Assembly: GCA_051362555.1 (NCBI GenBank)
Contig: JBPQGU010000016.1
Location: 2,852,001-2,916,000, forward strand
Origin: Lingula anatina
Taxonomy: Eukaryota > Animalia > Brachiopoda
Direction of reading: 5' to 3'
Length of the DNA: 64,000 bases
Shown: positions 1 through 12,095 of the stretch, one piece after another
Layout of the letters: every line of letters begins with the position of its first letter
How positions within the stretch are numbered: the stretch's first letter is position 1
The notes under the pieces: model-generated
What the model was told of the DNA's origin: nothing
The model's database searches: none
Seen by the model: the letters and a program-made list of their open reading frames with translations, nothing else
Program-made: the position numbers and the translations under genes

Positions 1-92
1 TAAAAGAACATATAAATAATAAAAAAAATAAATTATAATTTTAATAATCAAAAAAATAAAAATTAAAAAATAAAAATTATTTTAATAAATAT

Positions 93-1100
93 ATGAAAAT
101 AAAATTAAAAATTATAAAAAAAATTATAAAAAAAGAAAATTTAGAAAATATTATAATTTTTACTGAATTAAATAGATTTTGAATAACTAATTTTAAATCT
201 AGTTATGGATTTTTAATTTTTTATAAAAATAAAGAAAAACCTGATTTATTTTTAGATTCAAGATATATACTTGAAGGTAAAGAAAAAGTTAAAAATATAA
301 ATGTTTATAAATTAGATAAATTTATAAAAATTTTTCAAAAATTAAACGGAAACATTGGAATTGAAAATGATTTAAAGGTTGAAACATTAAATTTATTTAA
401 AAAAATTAATAAAAATTTAAATTTTAAAATAATCAATTTTGATGAATTAAGAGAAATTAAAACAAAAAAAGAAATAAAAAATATAGAAAAAATTTCAAAA
501 ATAACAAATGAAATTTGAAATGAAATTTCAAATTTAAAATTAAATAATTTTAATGAAAAAGATATTGATTTAAAAATTAGAGAATTATTTTTAAAAAATA
601 ACATAAAAAATATATCATTTGATCCAATTGTAAGTACAAATTTAAACTCTGTTTTTATACATACAATTCCAACAAATGAAAAAATAAAATCACATTTACT
701 ATGTGATTTTGGTGGAAAATTAAATGGTTATTGTTCAGATTATACAAGAGTAAAAATACTTGAAAAAAATAAAGAATTAAAAAAATATTATGATTTTGTA
801 ATTGATGTAAGTAATGAAGTTTTTAAATTAATAAAACCAGGAACCAAAATTTCAACATTAGTAAAAAAAGCAAATGAAATGTATAAAAAAAACAACTATA
901 AAGTATTACATGCATTAGGACATGGAATAGGTTTAAAAGTTCATGAATATCCATTATTATTTGAAAATAATGAAAAAAAATTAAAAGAAGGAATGGTATT
1001 TACAATTGAACCTGGTGTTTATATAGAAAATGTTGGTGGTGTAAGATATGAAAATATTGTTTTAGTTACAAAAACTGGATACAAAATATTAACAAAATAA
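93..1100 (+). CDS. pepP: Xaa-Pro aminopeptidase (M24)
   Basis: Code-4 ORF from ATG 93; DFGG..NGYCSDYTR, HALGHGIGLKVHE, TIEPGVY and GGVRYE motifs. Confidence 0.92.
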
Positions 1101-1226
1101 ATATATTTTTATTAAAAATTAAATATGATAAATAAATATTAAAGATCAATAAATTTAATACATATAAAAAAATAAAAAAATTATAAATTTTTCAATAATA
1201 ATAAAATATAAATAGGAGTTTTAAAT

Positions 1227-1529
1227 ATGAATAAAAACAAAAATATCATTACAAAAAAACATTTTGTGGAAAATATAAAGGAAGATTTAGATATTGATTT
1301 AAAATCAGCAAAAAAACTATATGATTCTTTTTTTGATACTTTTATAAAATCACTAAAATCAAAAAAAGATATAAAAGTAGCTAATTTAGGTATATTTTCA
1401 ATTGTAAAAACAAAAGAAAGAAAAGGTATGAATTTAAAAACAAATACAGTAATTTTAATACCTTCAAAAAATAAATTAAAATTTAAAGTTTCAAAGAAAT
1501 TAAAAGAAGAAATTGAACAAATTGAATAA
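1227..1529 (+). CDS. hup: HU family DNA-binding protein
   Basis: 100 aa; LGIFSIVKTKERKGMNLKT..IPSKNKLKFKVSKKLKE; AGGAG RBS upstream. Confidence 0.88.
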   Translation: MNKNKNIITKKHFVENIKEDLDIDLKSAKKLYDSFFDTFIKSLKSKKDIKVANLGIFSIVKTKERKGMNLKTNTVILIPSKNKLKFKVSKKLKEEIEQIE

Positions 1530-1555
1530 TAAAAAATAATATTTTTTTAAATAAT

Positions 1556-1588
1556 AAAAGTCTCTATTTTAAATAGAGACTTTTTTTT
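1556..1588. terminator. Intrinsic, probably bidirectional terminator
   Basis: AAAAGTCTCTATTT-T-AAATAGAGACTTTT hairpin with T-run between convergent genes. Confidence 0.8.
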
Positions 1589-1603
1589 ATTAATAAAATT
1601 ATA

Positions 1604-2263
1604 TTAATAATTTTTTCATTCTCTTTTCGAGATTACAAATGCTTCTATATTTTCAAAATCTTTAAAATCAATAATTTTATTCTCAATTAAAAATTTAATT
1701 AAAAATGAAAAAGTTGTCCCAGTTGTAAATACATCATCAAAAAATATTATTTTTTTATCTTTCAAAAATTCTTTATTTTTAAATATTTCTTTATTTTTTA
1801 ACTTTCAAGTTGGATATACTTTTTCTATTTCTTTTTCTCTCTCACTTTCTTTTTTTTGATAAAAAGAAAAATAACAACTTTTAATATCAAAACAAATATT
1901 ATTTTTATCTTTTATTTTATTTTTAATTTTTAAAACATAATCTAAAAACCTTCTAACTTGACAAAAAGTATTTTTTAAACCATTTTTTAATGGTGGTAAT
2001 AAAAAAATAATTTTTGATAAACAAAAAATATTATTTTTTTCTAATAATTTATAAAGAATTTTTTTATTAAAATTGTCTTCAAATATTAAATTAATATTTT
2101 TACTTTGTTTTTTTAAATCTTTTTTTAATTTTAAAATTTTATCTTTAATATTTTTATCTTCATGATAAGGAAATAAATAATTTATTTTAAAATTATATTT
2201 CTTATCTTCATATTTTCATTCATAATTTTGAAATTTTCATTCAAATTTTTTTTCTTTATACAT
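1604..2263 (-). CDS. Phosphoribosyltransferase-fold (ComF-like) protein
   Basis: 219 aa in code 4; PRPP-binding motif IIFFDDVFTTGTT near the C-terminus. Confidence 0.8.
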
Positions 2264-2264
2264 A

Positions 2265-3146
2265 TTAAATCAATTTTAATGTTTTTAAATTTATTTCTTT
2301 AAAATAATTATGATTTTCTAAATAATTTTTATTTTTTTCATAAATTTCTTTAAACATAAATACTTTATTTTTATTTCTAACTGCTTCTAAAACTTGACCT
2401 AAAGTACCAGATTGGCCTTCAAATCATACAACAAAAGTTTTGCTACTTATTTGTGCCATAGTTTTATTTCTTTTTAATAAAAATAATTTATTTCAAGTAT
2501 TAGAATTTGGAAATATTTCACTTAAAATAATTCCATTTTTTAAAGCATAATCTAATATTTCTTTTTTTTCTTCATTAAATTCTTCTTTTAAAATATCTTT
2601 ACCAGGTAAAACAATTATTTTTTTATTTAATTCTTTTGCTTTTTTATGTGCATTTAAATCTGCACCAAAAGCTAAACCTGAAACTATAACTTTACTATTT
2701 AATATAAATTTATCAATTTTTTTAATAAAATTAATTGGTGTTTTTCTACTTCCTACAAAAGAAGTTACATTTTCTTTTTTTAAATTTAATAATTTTAAAT
2801 CACCTTTATAAAATAAAACATCAATATTTTTAACATCTTTTAAAAGATTAAATTTTAAAAAATCAAATTTAGATATAGATTTAATATTATTTTTATTTCA
2901 TTCATTAAGTGTTTTTTTTCATAATTTATAAATTTTTTTATCAATTTGATTTATATTTAAATTATTAAAAAATGATAATTGTTTATTATCTTTAAATAAA
3001 TCATTTTTTAAAGAAATAATTTGTTTATCAAAATCATCAAAGTTTTTGAAAAAATTAAAAATTTTTGAAAATTTTATTTTTTGATCAATTTCTTTTTTAA
3101 TTAAAAATATAGATCAAATTAATGAAATTTCTTTATTTCTATTCAT
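2265..3146 (-). CDS. dprA: DprA/Smf family protein
   Basis: 293 aa; SFVGSR, IVSGLAFGADLNAH, ILSEIFP, LKRNKTMAQ and SGT motifs. Confidence 0.85.
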
Positions 3147-3292
3147 AATATTTTTATATATACTTAATTTTATATTTTAAAAATTAAAAATTTCTAAAAA
3201 TATCTATATATAAATTGTTATTTAAAAAAAATATCTGATTATAAAAGTATAATCAGATATTAAATTAATAATTTTAAAAATAAACTTTTTAA

Positions 3293-3368
3293 TGGTGGAT
3301 CCTACAAGATTCGAACTTGTGACCTCTCCGTTATCAACGGAACGCTCTAACCGCTGAGCCAAGGATCC
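3293..3368 (-). tRNA. tRNA-Ile (GAT)
   Basis: GGATCCT/AGGATCC acceptor stem, anticodon loop TT-GAT-AA, GTTCGAATC T-loop, encoded CCA. Confidence 0.96.
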
Positions 3369-3455
3369 ATACTTATTAATTATTTTATAATAAAAACTCA
3401 AATATTCAAACAAAAACAAATAAAAATAAATTTATTTGTTTTTGTTTTTTCTTTT

Positions 3456-3890
3456 TTATAAATTAAAAAATTCTTTTATTTTATTTTTAATTTTAGATTT
3501 AATAGCAAAATTATTAACATTTGTATTTTCATTATTAATACTTTTATTTTTTAAATTTTTATTTTTTAATTCTTTTAATTCTTTTTTAATTCTATATTTT
3601 TCTTTATATTTTTTAATTAAAATATCTTTATTTTTTTCTCTATATTCTTTTTGATAGTCTTTTGCTTTTTCTTTATTTTTTTCTCTATATTCCTTTTGAT
3701 ATTTTGAAATTATTTCTTTATTTTTAATCTTATATTTTATTTGATAATCTTTATTATTTTTTCTATATTTTCTTTGATAATCTTTTGCTTTTTCTTTATT
3801 TTTTTCTCTATATTCTTTTTGGTATTTTGAAATTTTTTCTTTATTTTTAATTTTATATTGTTTCTGATATTCTTTAATATTATTATTCAT
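3456..3890 (-). CDS. Hypothetical protein with tandem (K/D)YQKEYREKNKE repeats
   Basis: 144 aa ORF with several helical repeats; AAGGA-like RBS upstream. Confidence 0.6.
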   Translation of the reverse strand: MNNNIKEYQKQYKIKNKEKISKYQKEYREKNKEKAKDYQRKYRKNNKDYQIKYKIKNKEIISKYQKEYREKNKEKAKDYQKEYREKNKDILIKKYKEKYRIKKELKELKNKNLKNKSINNENTNVNNFAIKSKIKNKIKEFFNL

Positions 3891-4201
3891 TTTCCATTTT
3901 TCCTTATATTTATTATAAATTTTTTATTATTTTTTTTTATAAAAATAAAATATTATTTTATACTAAAAAACTAATTAATATTTAATTATTTTTTTTATTT
4001 TTTAAAAATTAAAATTTTAATAATTTTTAATACTTATAAATAATAACTTTTTATTTTATAATTATTTAATATTTTTTTTAATCCATACTTATTTTTTTTA
4101 TTTTTATTTAATTTTTTTTAATAAAATAATAAATATTTAAAAAAATAAATAAAAATATAATAAAAAACATAAATTTTTTATACTTTAATTTATTTTAATT
4201 T

Positions 4202-4246
4202 AAAAAAAAAAAAAAAAAAGATAAAAAATAATTTTTATCTTTTTTT
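4202..4246 (-). terminator. Terminator of the agu operon
   Basis: AAAAGATAAAAA..TTTTTATCTTTT hairpin followed on the minus strand by T18. Confidence 0.65.
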
Positions 4247-4266
4247 AAAAAATATATTGAAAATAT

Positions 4267-5358
4267 TTAATATATTTGTTGTGTTATACAATGAATATTT
4301 CCGCCACCTAAAATAATTTCTCTTGCAAATACTGGAATAATTTTTCTGCTTGGATATGCTTTTTTCATTATTGATAAAGCAATTTTATCTGTTTTTATAT
4401 TAAAAATAGGTAATAAAACTGCACCATTTAAAATGTAATGATTAATATATGAACCTGCTTGTCTATCACCTTTTTTTCTTGGTAAAGTTCCAAAAATTTT
4501 ATCAACTCCTAAACTTTCTTCTTCTGTAACTATAATTAATGGATCGGGAATTGGAACTTTTATAATATCAAATTTTTTTCCATTTAAATCAGTTTGTTTT
4601 TTTAAAATTTCATATGCATCTTTTGATATTTTATATTGTGGATCTTTTTTATTATCTGTTCATGCTAAAAGTATTTTTCCTGTTTCACAAACTTGTAATA
4701 TATTATCAACATGTCCACTTGTTTCATCATTATAAATTCCCTTTGGAATTCAAATAATCTTTTCTACTCCAAAATATTCTTTTAAAATATTTTCAATTTC
4801 TTTTTTTGAATATTTTGGATTTCTATTTTTATTTAATAAACATTCTTCAGTTGTAAATAAAGTACCTTTACCATCAACTATAACACTACCACCTTCTAAA
4901 ATTAATGGAGCTTTATAATAATCTTTTTCTTCTAATTGAATAACCTTATGAGAAACTAATTGATCTTGATCTCATGGAAAATATAAACCACTTTCTAATC
5001 CACCTCATGCATTAAATTTTCAAGAAACACAACGTACATTATTTAAAGAATCTTTTAAAAAAATTGGTCCTGTATCTCTAATTCAGCTATCATTATTACT
5101 AATTTCAACAACTTTTACATTTTCATTTAAATGATTTAAAGCATTTAAATATTGTTTTTTACTTACACCAACAGTAACTTTTTCATATAAACTTATTAAA
5201 TTTGCTACTTTTGCAAATACTAATTGTGCTGGTTTTGCACCATTTCTTCAATTATCAGTTCTTTCTGGTCAAAGTAAATAAGTACCTTTATGTTTTTCAA
5301 ATTCTGCTGGCATTTTAAAACCATCTTTTTTTGGTGTACTTTTTAATCATTTTGACAT
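4267..5358 (-). CDS. aguA: Agmatine deiminase
   Basis: MSKWLKSTPKKDGFKMPAEFE..WPER.DNW, WIRDTGP, LEGG, TSGHVDN, GGGNIHCITQQ. Confidence 0.95.
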
Positions 5359-5361
5359 AAT

Positions 5362-6834
5362 TTATTCTCCTTTAAATTCTATTATTTTGTTTTTGTTTTT
5401 ATTTTTTTCTCTTAATGATTTAAAAATTAATAATCATCCAATAAATGTTGTAAACACATTACCACAAAATGATAATAAAATTCCTCATCAACCACCAACT
5501 TCTTCATATGGTTTAATTTTTATTTCTTTACCTAAATTAATATCAAAATTTTGAGTTATTAATGCAATTATTATAATAATAATTCCTCATCAACCTAAAA
5601 TTTTAGCAAATCAATTAGGACCTACTGAAAATTCTCTTTTAGTTTTAGAATCTATTTTTCTTAATTTTATAAATGCAGCAAAAATAAAAATATATGGAAT
5701 AAAAAATAAAACCATTGAAAATGAAAAAACAATATATCATAATTGTCCACTACCAAAATATGTAAATAAAGTTCCAATTAAAATTGCAATTGTAGAAATA
5801 CAACCAGTATATAAAGCTACATTAATAGGAACATTATTTAAATTACTTTTAGCAAATGATTTTGGTAAATTACCAAACTTACCAGCTTCACATGCAGCAC
5901 GATTTGCACCTAAAGTTCAAGTAATCATATTTCCTAATAATGTTAATGAAATTAAAACTGCAACTATATAAGTAAAAATTTTAAAACCTTCTCCAAATTT
6001 TGATAATTGATCAACTGCATGAATTACTACATAAGTATAAATACCATCATCATAATAACTTTCTTGATTTACATCAACTAATATTAATGCAGGAATTGTT
6101 GCTAAAATATAACAAAATAAAATTGCAATACCACCATAAAAAATTGATTTTAAAATTGATTTTTTAGGATCTTCAATTTCTTCTGAAAGATTTGAATTTA
6201 ATTCAAAACCTGCTAAGTTATAAACTATAATTCCAATAACACCTAATGATAAACGAAAATTAGGACCTAATGCTTTACCAGATTCAAAATCTGTTGCAGA
6301 TGTTTTACCTTTTGAAAATCATATTATCATAACTATTATCATAATTAAAACAACAAAAAATTTAATTATTGCACTAACATTTGGAAATCATTTTGCATCT
6401 CCAATTTTTAAAAAATTAATTGCAATTGTTAATCAAGTTGCAACAATTGCTACACCCATTGCTATTCAATTATAATTTTTATTATCTAATAAACTAGGAT
6501 TAATAGCATAGGTTATAGTTGAAGATAAAATTAAATATACTGATGCCATTCAAAAAGCAACATTTACTCAATAAAAATATCCTAAAAATGCTGAACTTTT
6601 TTTACCAAAAGCTCTTGAAACTCAATATTCAACACCTCTACCATTTTTACTATATGTTGTTCCAAGTTCAGCCATCATAAGTCCATATGGAATAAAAAAT
6701 CCAATACCAATAATAATTCATCAAATTATACTTGATCAACCATATGTTGTAACTAATCCAAATGAATCTATTACAAAAACTGCTGAAAAAGTAAATAAAA
6801 TAGCATCTAAAACAGAAAATTTCTTTTTTTTCAT
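5362..6834 (-). CDS. aguD: APC-family agmatine/putrescine antiporter
   Basis: 490 aa polytopic membrane protein; FFIPYGLMMAELG, AGFE and WTLGANRAA motifs; lies between aguB and aguA. Confidence 0.88.
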
Positions 6835-7956
6835 TTATTTATCTCCATTCTTATTATTTTTAATAACATCTTTTAAATATTCAATTTTAAATTTATAATC
6901 ATTATTAAAAGTTCAATTTTTATTTTTAACTTTTTCTTTTTTTAAATCATTAAAAAAATCTAAAATTAATTTTTTATATTTATTTTTTTTATTATTTTTA
7001 TCATCTAATGTTTTTAAATCAGTCATAAAATAACTTAAAACACCCATTGCAGAATATAATTTATTTTCTGATTGATCAAAAATAATTGATTGTTTACCAT
7101 CAAAAACTTCATCAACTAATTCAACATTTCGTGAACATGGTAAACAATGCATAACTTTAACTTGTTTTCCAATTAAATTTAATAACTTTAAATCTACTTG
7201 ATAATTACCATTAATAAATGATTTATATCTTTCATTTGCCTCAGATGTTTGATCAACTCATCATCACAAATCAGTATAAAGAAAATCAACACCCTTTAAC
7301 TTTGTAATATCACTTGTAATAATAACTTTTTTTGAACCATTTAGTTTATAATTTTGATTAGCTTTTTCAATTCATGAATTTTTTGCTAAATATTTTTTTG
7401 GTGCTACTTGAATAAAAGTTACATTCAATTTACTTGAAATCATCATTAATGATCTACAAACATTTGTAGAATCACCAATAAATCCTAAAGTAATTTCTGA
7501 TCATTTTGTTTTTTTAGATTTAAAATTTTCTTTTATTGTTAAAAAATCACCCAAAACTTGTGTTGGATGATTTAAATCAGAAAGACCATTAAAAACTGGT
7601 ACATCAGAATATTTAAAAATCCCTAAAATTGTTTCATGTTTTAATGCTCTACATAAAATACCATCTGTTAATCTTGATAAAACTTTAATAGTATCATATA
7701 AACATTCACGATCACCAAGATGAATCTCTCCAGGTTTTAAATATTGTGCTTTGCCCCCTAGCTTTGTCATTGCAGATTCAAATGAAATCCTTGTTCTAGT
7801 AGATGGTTCCTCAAAAATCATTGCTAAATTATAATTTTTTAACAATTCTGGAACTGATTTTTCATAATCAGCTTTTTTTAAAATTTCCATTAGCTTCAAA
7901 ATTTGTTCTATTTCAAATTTTGTAAAATGATTAATGTCAATAATACCAATACTCAT
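6835..7956 (-). CDS. aguB: Putrescine carbamoyltransferase
   Basis: STRTRISFE, HPTQ and MHCLP motifs; operon context with aguA. Confidence 0.88.
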
Positions 7957-8000
7957 AATGATTTTCTCCTTTTAAAAAATAATTTTAATAATATAAATTT

Positions 8001-8030
8001 ATTAAAATCTTTTTTTTTTTTTTTTTTCAA
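8001..8030 (-). promoter_or_regulatory. Putative agu promoter with A18 tract in the -35/-10 spacer
   Basis: Minus strand reads TTG-A18-GATTTTAAT, ~45 bp upstream of aguB. Confidence 0.5.
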
Positions 8031-8172
8031 GTACTTTTTTAAAAAAACAAAAAAATAATAAATTATATAAAATTATTTAATTATCAATTATTTATAAAAA
8101 AATAAAAAATTGAAAATTTATTTTTTATTTTTTAAAATTTTTAAATATAAATTTATTTTTAAATTATTAGTA

Positions 8173-8595
8173 TTATTTAATTGGAAATCCTATTTTTTTT
8201 AAAGTTTTTTTTATAGTTTTAAAATTACCTTTTATTCATTTTTCTCTATTTAAAAATTCATCAATAATTGAATAATCAATTTGTGGATAATAATAAAAAT
8301 TATTAGGATTATTTTTAAATTTAAGCAAAACTTCTATTCCATAAAGTTCTTTTTTATAACTAGTAATAAACATTTGCAAAATAGATTCACTTTCAGAAAG
8401 AAAATTAAAAAATAAATCATTTTCATAAATATCATGTTTTATATTACCTTTTATAAAATCAGATCATTTAATCATTTTAATTACATTAACTTTTCTATCA
8501 TTTATTATTTCTTCTGTTCTTTTTGTAAATTTTTCAATATTTTTATTTAATTTTTTATTTCAAAAATTATTTTTTTTAATTTTATTTTTTTTCAT
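8173..8595 (-). CDS. Hypothetical protein (140 aa)
   Basis: Open in code 4; no recognised motif. Confidence 0.55.
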
Positions 8596-9149
8596 TTTTT
8601 TAACCTTTATAAACATAAAAAATTATATACTTTTTTTATGTTTTAAATATTTTTTCATGTTCTTTAATAAAAATAATTAAATATAAAAAATATTAAAATT
8701 TTTAATTGCTTTGTTTTTTAATTTTTTTAATTGTTTTTATTTTTTTTCTTTTTAATTATATTCATTTATATTTATCAACAAAAAAAGATAAAAAATAATA
8801 GTGTGTTTGATAATATTTTTTTTATTTTTTTCTTAGTTTTTTCTTTCATACTTTTTTAACCTCTAAAAAATCAAACATTAGCTTAATATAAATATTATCA
8901 TACCTATTAAAAATAAAATAAAAAAATATATAAAAAATATTAAAATTTTTTATTTAGTTTATATCATTTATTTTTAAAATATAAAAAGTATTTAAATCCA
9001 AAAATACCAAATAATACTTTTTCTAATTCATTTTTCAAATTTTACAAATAATTGTATTTTTCATAATTTTAATTTTTTTTATTCTGATTTATAAAATTAA
9101 AAAATAATAACAACTAATAATTATTTATATATAAAATGTTTTTTATTTT

Positions 9150-10295
9150 TTAACTTTCAATAATGTTAAATAATTTATTAAAATGATAATATTTATTTGT
9201 TTCTTTTACATTTATTTTTTTTGAAACATTATTTAAAGTTCTATATATTGTTGTTGTTGGTTTTTTATATTTTTTATTTAATTTTTCAATTATTTTTGCT
9301 TTATTTAATAATGGAAACTTAAAAAAATATTTTAAAACTATTTTTTCACCATCAGTTTTCATATCTTTTAAACAATAATCATAAAGATCAATAATTTTTT
9401 CAACTTTAAAATATATTTTGTTTATAGTTTCAAATAATGATTTTAAAAAAAAATCAATTCAATCATTTCAATTATTTGTTGTTAAAACATTATTTAATTG
9501 ATTAATATATTCTTTTCTATTTTTATTTCAAAAATCAGAAATAAAAATTCAATTTAAATCTTTTGTTAATTTAGAATATGAATATAAATTAACTAATAAA
9601 AGTCTTCCTATTCTTCCATTACCATCTGAAAATGGATGTATACCTTCAAAAAAAGGATGAAACTTTATTATTGTTTTTAAAGTAGAAATTTTTCAACCTC
9701 TATTTTTAATTTTTCTAACTTCTAAAAACATATCTTTTAAATATTCTATTTTTTTTGATGGTTTTATAGGAATTAATTTTGCATTTTTAATACCTAATTC
9801 TAATATACCAATTCAATTTGGTTTTTTATCTTCTAAAACAATTTGTCCAGGTTTTATTTTTTTTATAAGAACTTTAGGATTAAAATTATTTTCATATCCT
9901 TTAACATCATAATTATAAAGTCAAATATGTAATAATTTAAGAGTACTTATATCAAAATCAATTGTTCCTTCTTTAAATTTTTTAAATGATGAAATATATA
10001 AATTAACTAAATTTCTAGTTTCTCATGAATATCTATCATTTATACCTTCTGATATATCAAAGTACATATCTTCAAATGAAGTTTGTGTTCCTTCAATTTT
10101 TGAAGAATCCAAACCTTCTTTATCTAATAAAGAAAAAAGAAAATAATTAAAATCTATATCTAAATTATTTTTTATTAATAATTTTTCAAAATTTTTTATT
10201 TTATTTAAAATTTTTAAAATTAAATCTTTTTGAGATTCATTAAAATTAAAATCTGTTTGACTCATTAATTTTAATATAACTTTATTATTTTTCAT
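9150..10295 (-). CDS. Fic family protein
   Basis: Canonical HPFSDGNGRIGR motif; N-terminal SSKIEGT inhibitory-type motif. Confidence 0.93.
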
Positions 10296-10395
10296 CACAA
10301 AATAATTATATTATATTTTTTCCATTTTTTCCATTTTTTGGAAATAATGGTAATACTTTTTTCCAAAATTAAAAATAAAACTTTTTTTTATATTT

Positions 10396-11121
10396 TTATT
10401 TATTGTTTTCAATAATTTTAAAAAATAAAGAACATAATAATGCAAAATTATGTGCAATATCTCTAAAATTTAAATTTTTCAAAGTTGTATCCTTATGTCT
10501 AAATTTTTTATTAGCTAAAAATTTACATAATTCTGAAGTTTTATTAAATATTGATTTTTGATCATTATTCAATTTATTAAATATTAATTCTTTATTTTTC
10601 AAATTATCATCTATATCATTACAAAGCTGAGTAATTATTCCATATACTTCATCTTTATTTATTAATGGAGTTAATAATTTCTTTATTTTTTCTGCAATAG
10701 ATAACTCAATATTTTCAACATTATCAACAATTGTTTTATTTATTGTTGATTCGAATTTATAATTTTCTCAATCTATTTTATAATCAATTAAATAATTATT
10801 TAAATCTTTTTTAATTTGTATAAATTTATTATTTCAATTATTATAATTATCGGATACAAAAAATAAATTAAAAAGTTTACATATAAATAATATTTTTCCA
10901 ATTATTAATTCTTTATCATTTTCATCATCAGTAGAACCATATTCATTTTCGATATTATCTTTTAAATTATTAAATGATAAATAACCACTTTTATAAAAAT
11001 ATTCAATAATATCATGAATATTTTGATTTTTTCAAGAATATTTAAAATTTAACAAAAAATTTAAATGAGCATTTAAAAATTTTGTTTCTTTTTCTTTTAA
11101 TGTTAATTTTTTTAATACCAT
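10396..11121 (-). CDS. Hypothetical protein, AbiJ/Abi_C (HEPN)-like C-terminus
   Basis: 241 aa; C-terminal FLANKKFRH motif in a helical domain. Confidence 0.5.
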
Positions 11122-11130
11122 TCTTTATTT

Positions 11131-12057
11131 TTAATTATCATACAATTCTTTAAAAGTTTTGTTTTCTTCTGTTTTTCAAGCTTCTTTACCATTTGTATGT
11201 CTATTAATAAAAAAAGAAGCAGAGCCACTTAAAGAATTAAAACAATCATAATCTTTTATAAAAATATATTTATTATCTTTAAATTCAATTATATTTTCTT
11301 TTAAAAGTAATTTTATTAATTCTTTATTTTTTTTAACAATATTAAATTGATAACTTTTTAAATTTTCATAATTATCAATTTCTTTTACTCAAGAATCCTT
11401 TAAAATTAAAACATTATTATTAATTTTAATTCTAGCTTTTGCTTTTACTTTATCTTTGAAATTTAAATAAAAAATTTCTTTTAAATATTTTTCATTATTT
11501 GTTTTATTATTTAAATTTAAATCAGTATTTATACCAAATGTTTTAAACAAATCATATGATAATGTTGCATTAATTAATGGTTTTAATTCTTCAAAATCTT
11601 CTTTTAATTGTCTTTTTTCATATTTTTTAAATTTTGTATTATTTATTAATTGTTTATTTTTTGTTTCAAATGGTAAATTTAACTCTTTTGTTTCTTTAAT
11701 TAAAAGACTTTCATGAAAATTTCTTTTATCAGTATTTGCATAAATATTTGAATTAATTATCAAAACATATTTAAATGAACCATCATTTTTTTTATTATGA
11801 TCATTTCATCTTTTTATAATATTAGATGTTTCACCAATATAAATTGGATATATATTTTCTTCAAATGAATCAAAAAATATATATAAACAATGTTGTAAAT
11901 CAATATTTTTTTTAATATCTTCTTCTCAAAATTCAGATTTTGATAAATTTTGTAAATCAATTAAAAACACTTTTTTATCTGTACCTTCTAATTCAAACAT
12001 TTTGTTTGAAGTCTCTGTTTCAAAGTAAAATTTTAATATTTTAATGTTATTTTTCAT
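11131..12057 (-). CDS. GIY-YIG nuclease + DUF4357 protein
   Basis: CLYIFFD..IYIGETSNIIKRWNDH; C-terminal FNSLSGSASFFINRHTNGKEAWKT. Confidence 0.8.
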
Positions 12058-12095
12058 TTATTTTATGTTAAATATTTTTATTTAAAAACAAAAAA

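Noticed and set aside
3293-3368. tRNA-Ile as the integration site of the island
   Set aside because: Its 3' end points away from the island, and I saw no duplicated tRNA end or integrase
3222-3419. 65-aa ORF in the track
   Set aside because: It is a translation through the tRNA-Ile gene
4202-8027. A18 and T18 tracts as inverted ends of a mobile agu element
   Set aside because: Better explained as a terminator tail and a promoter spacer; no transposase or target duplication
8600-9149. Long AT-rich intergenic stretch with a ~30-codon ORF
   Set aside because: No recognisable motif, structure or repeat above background
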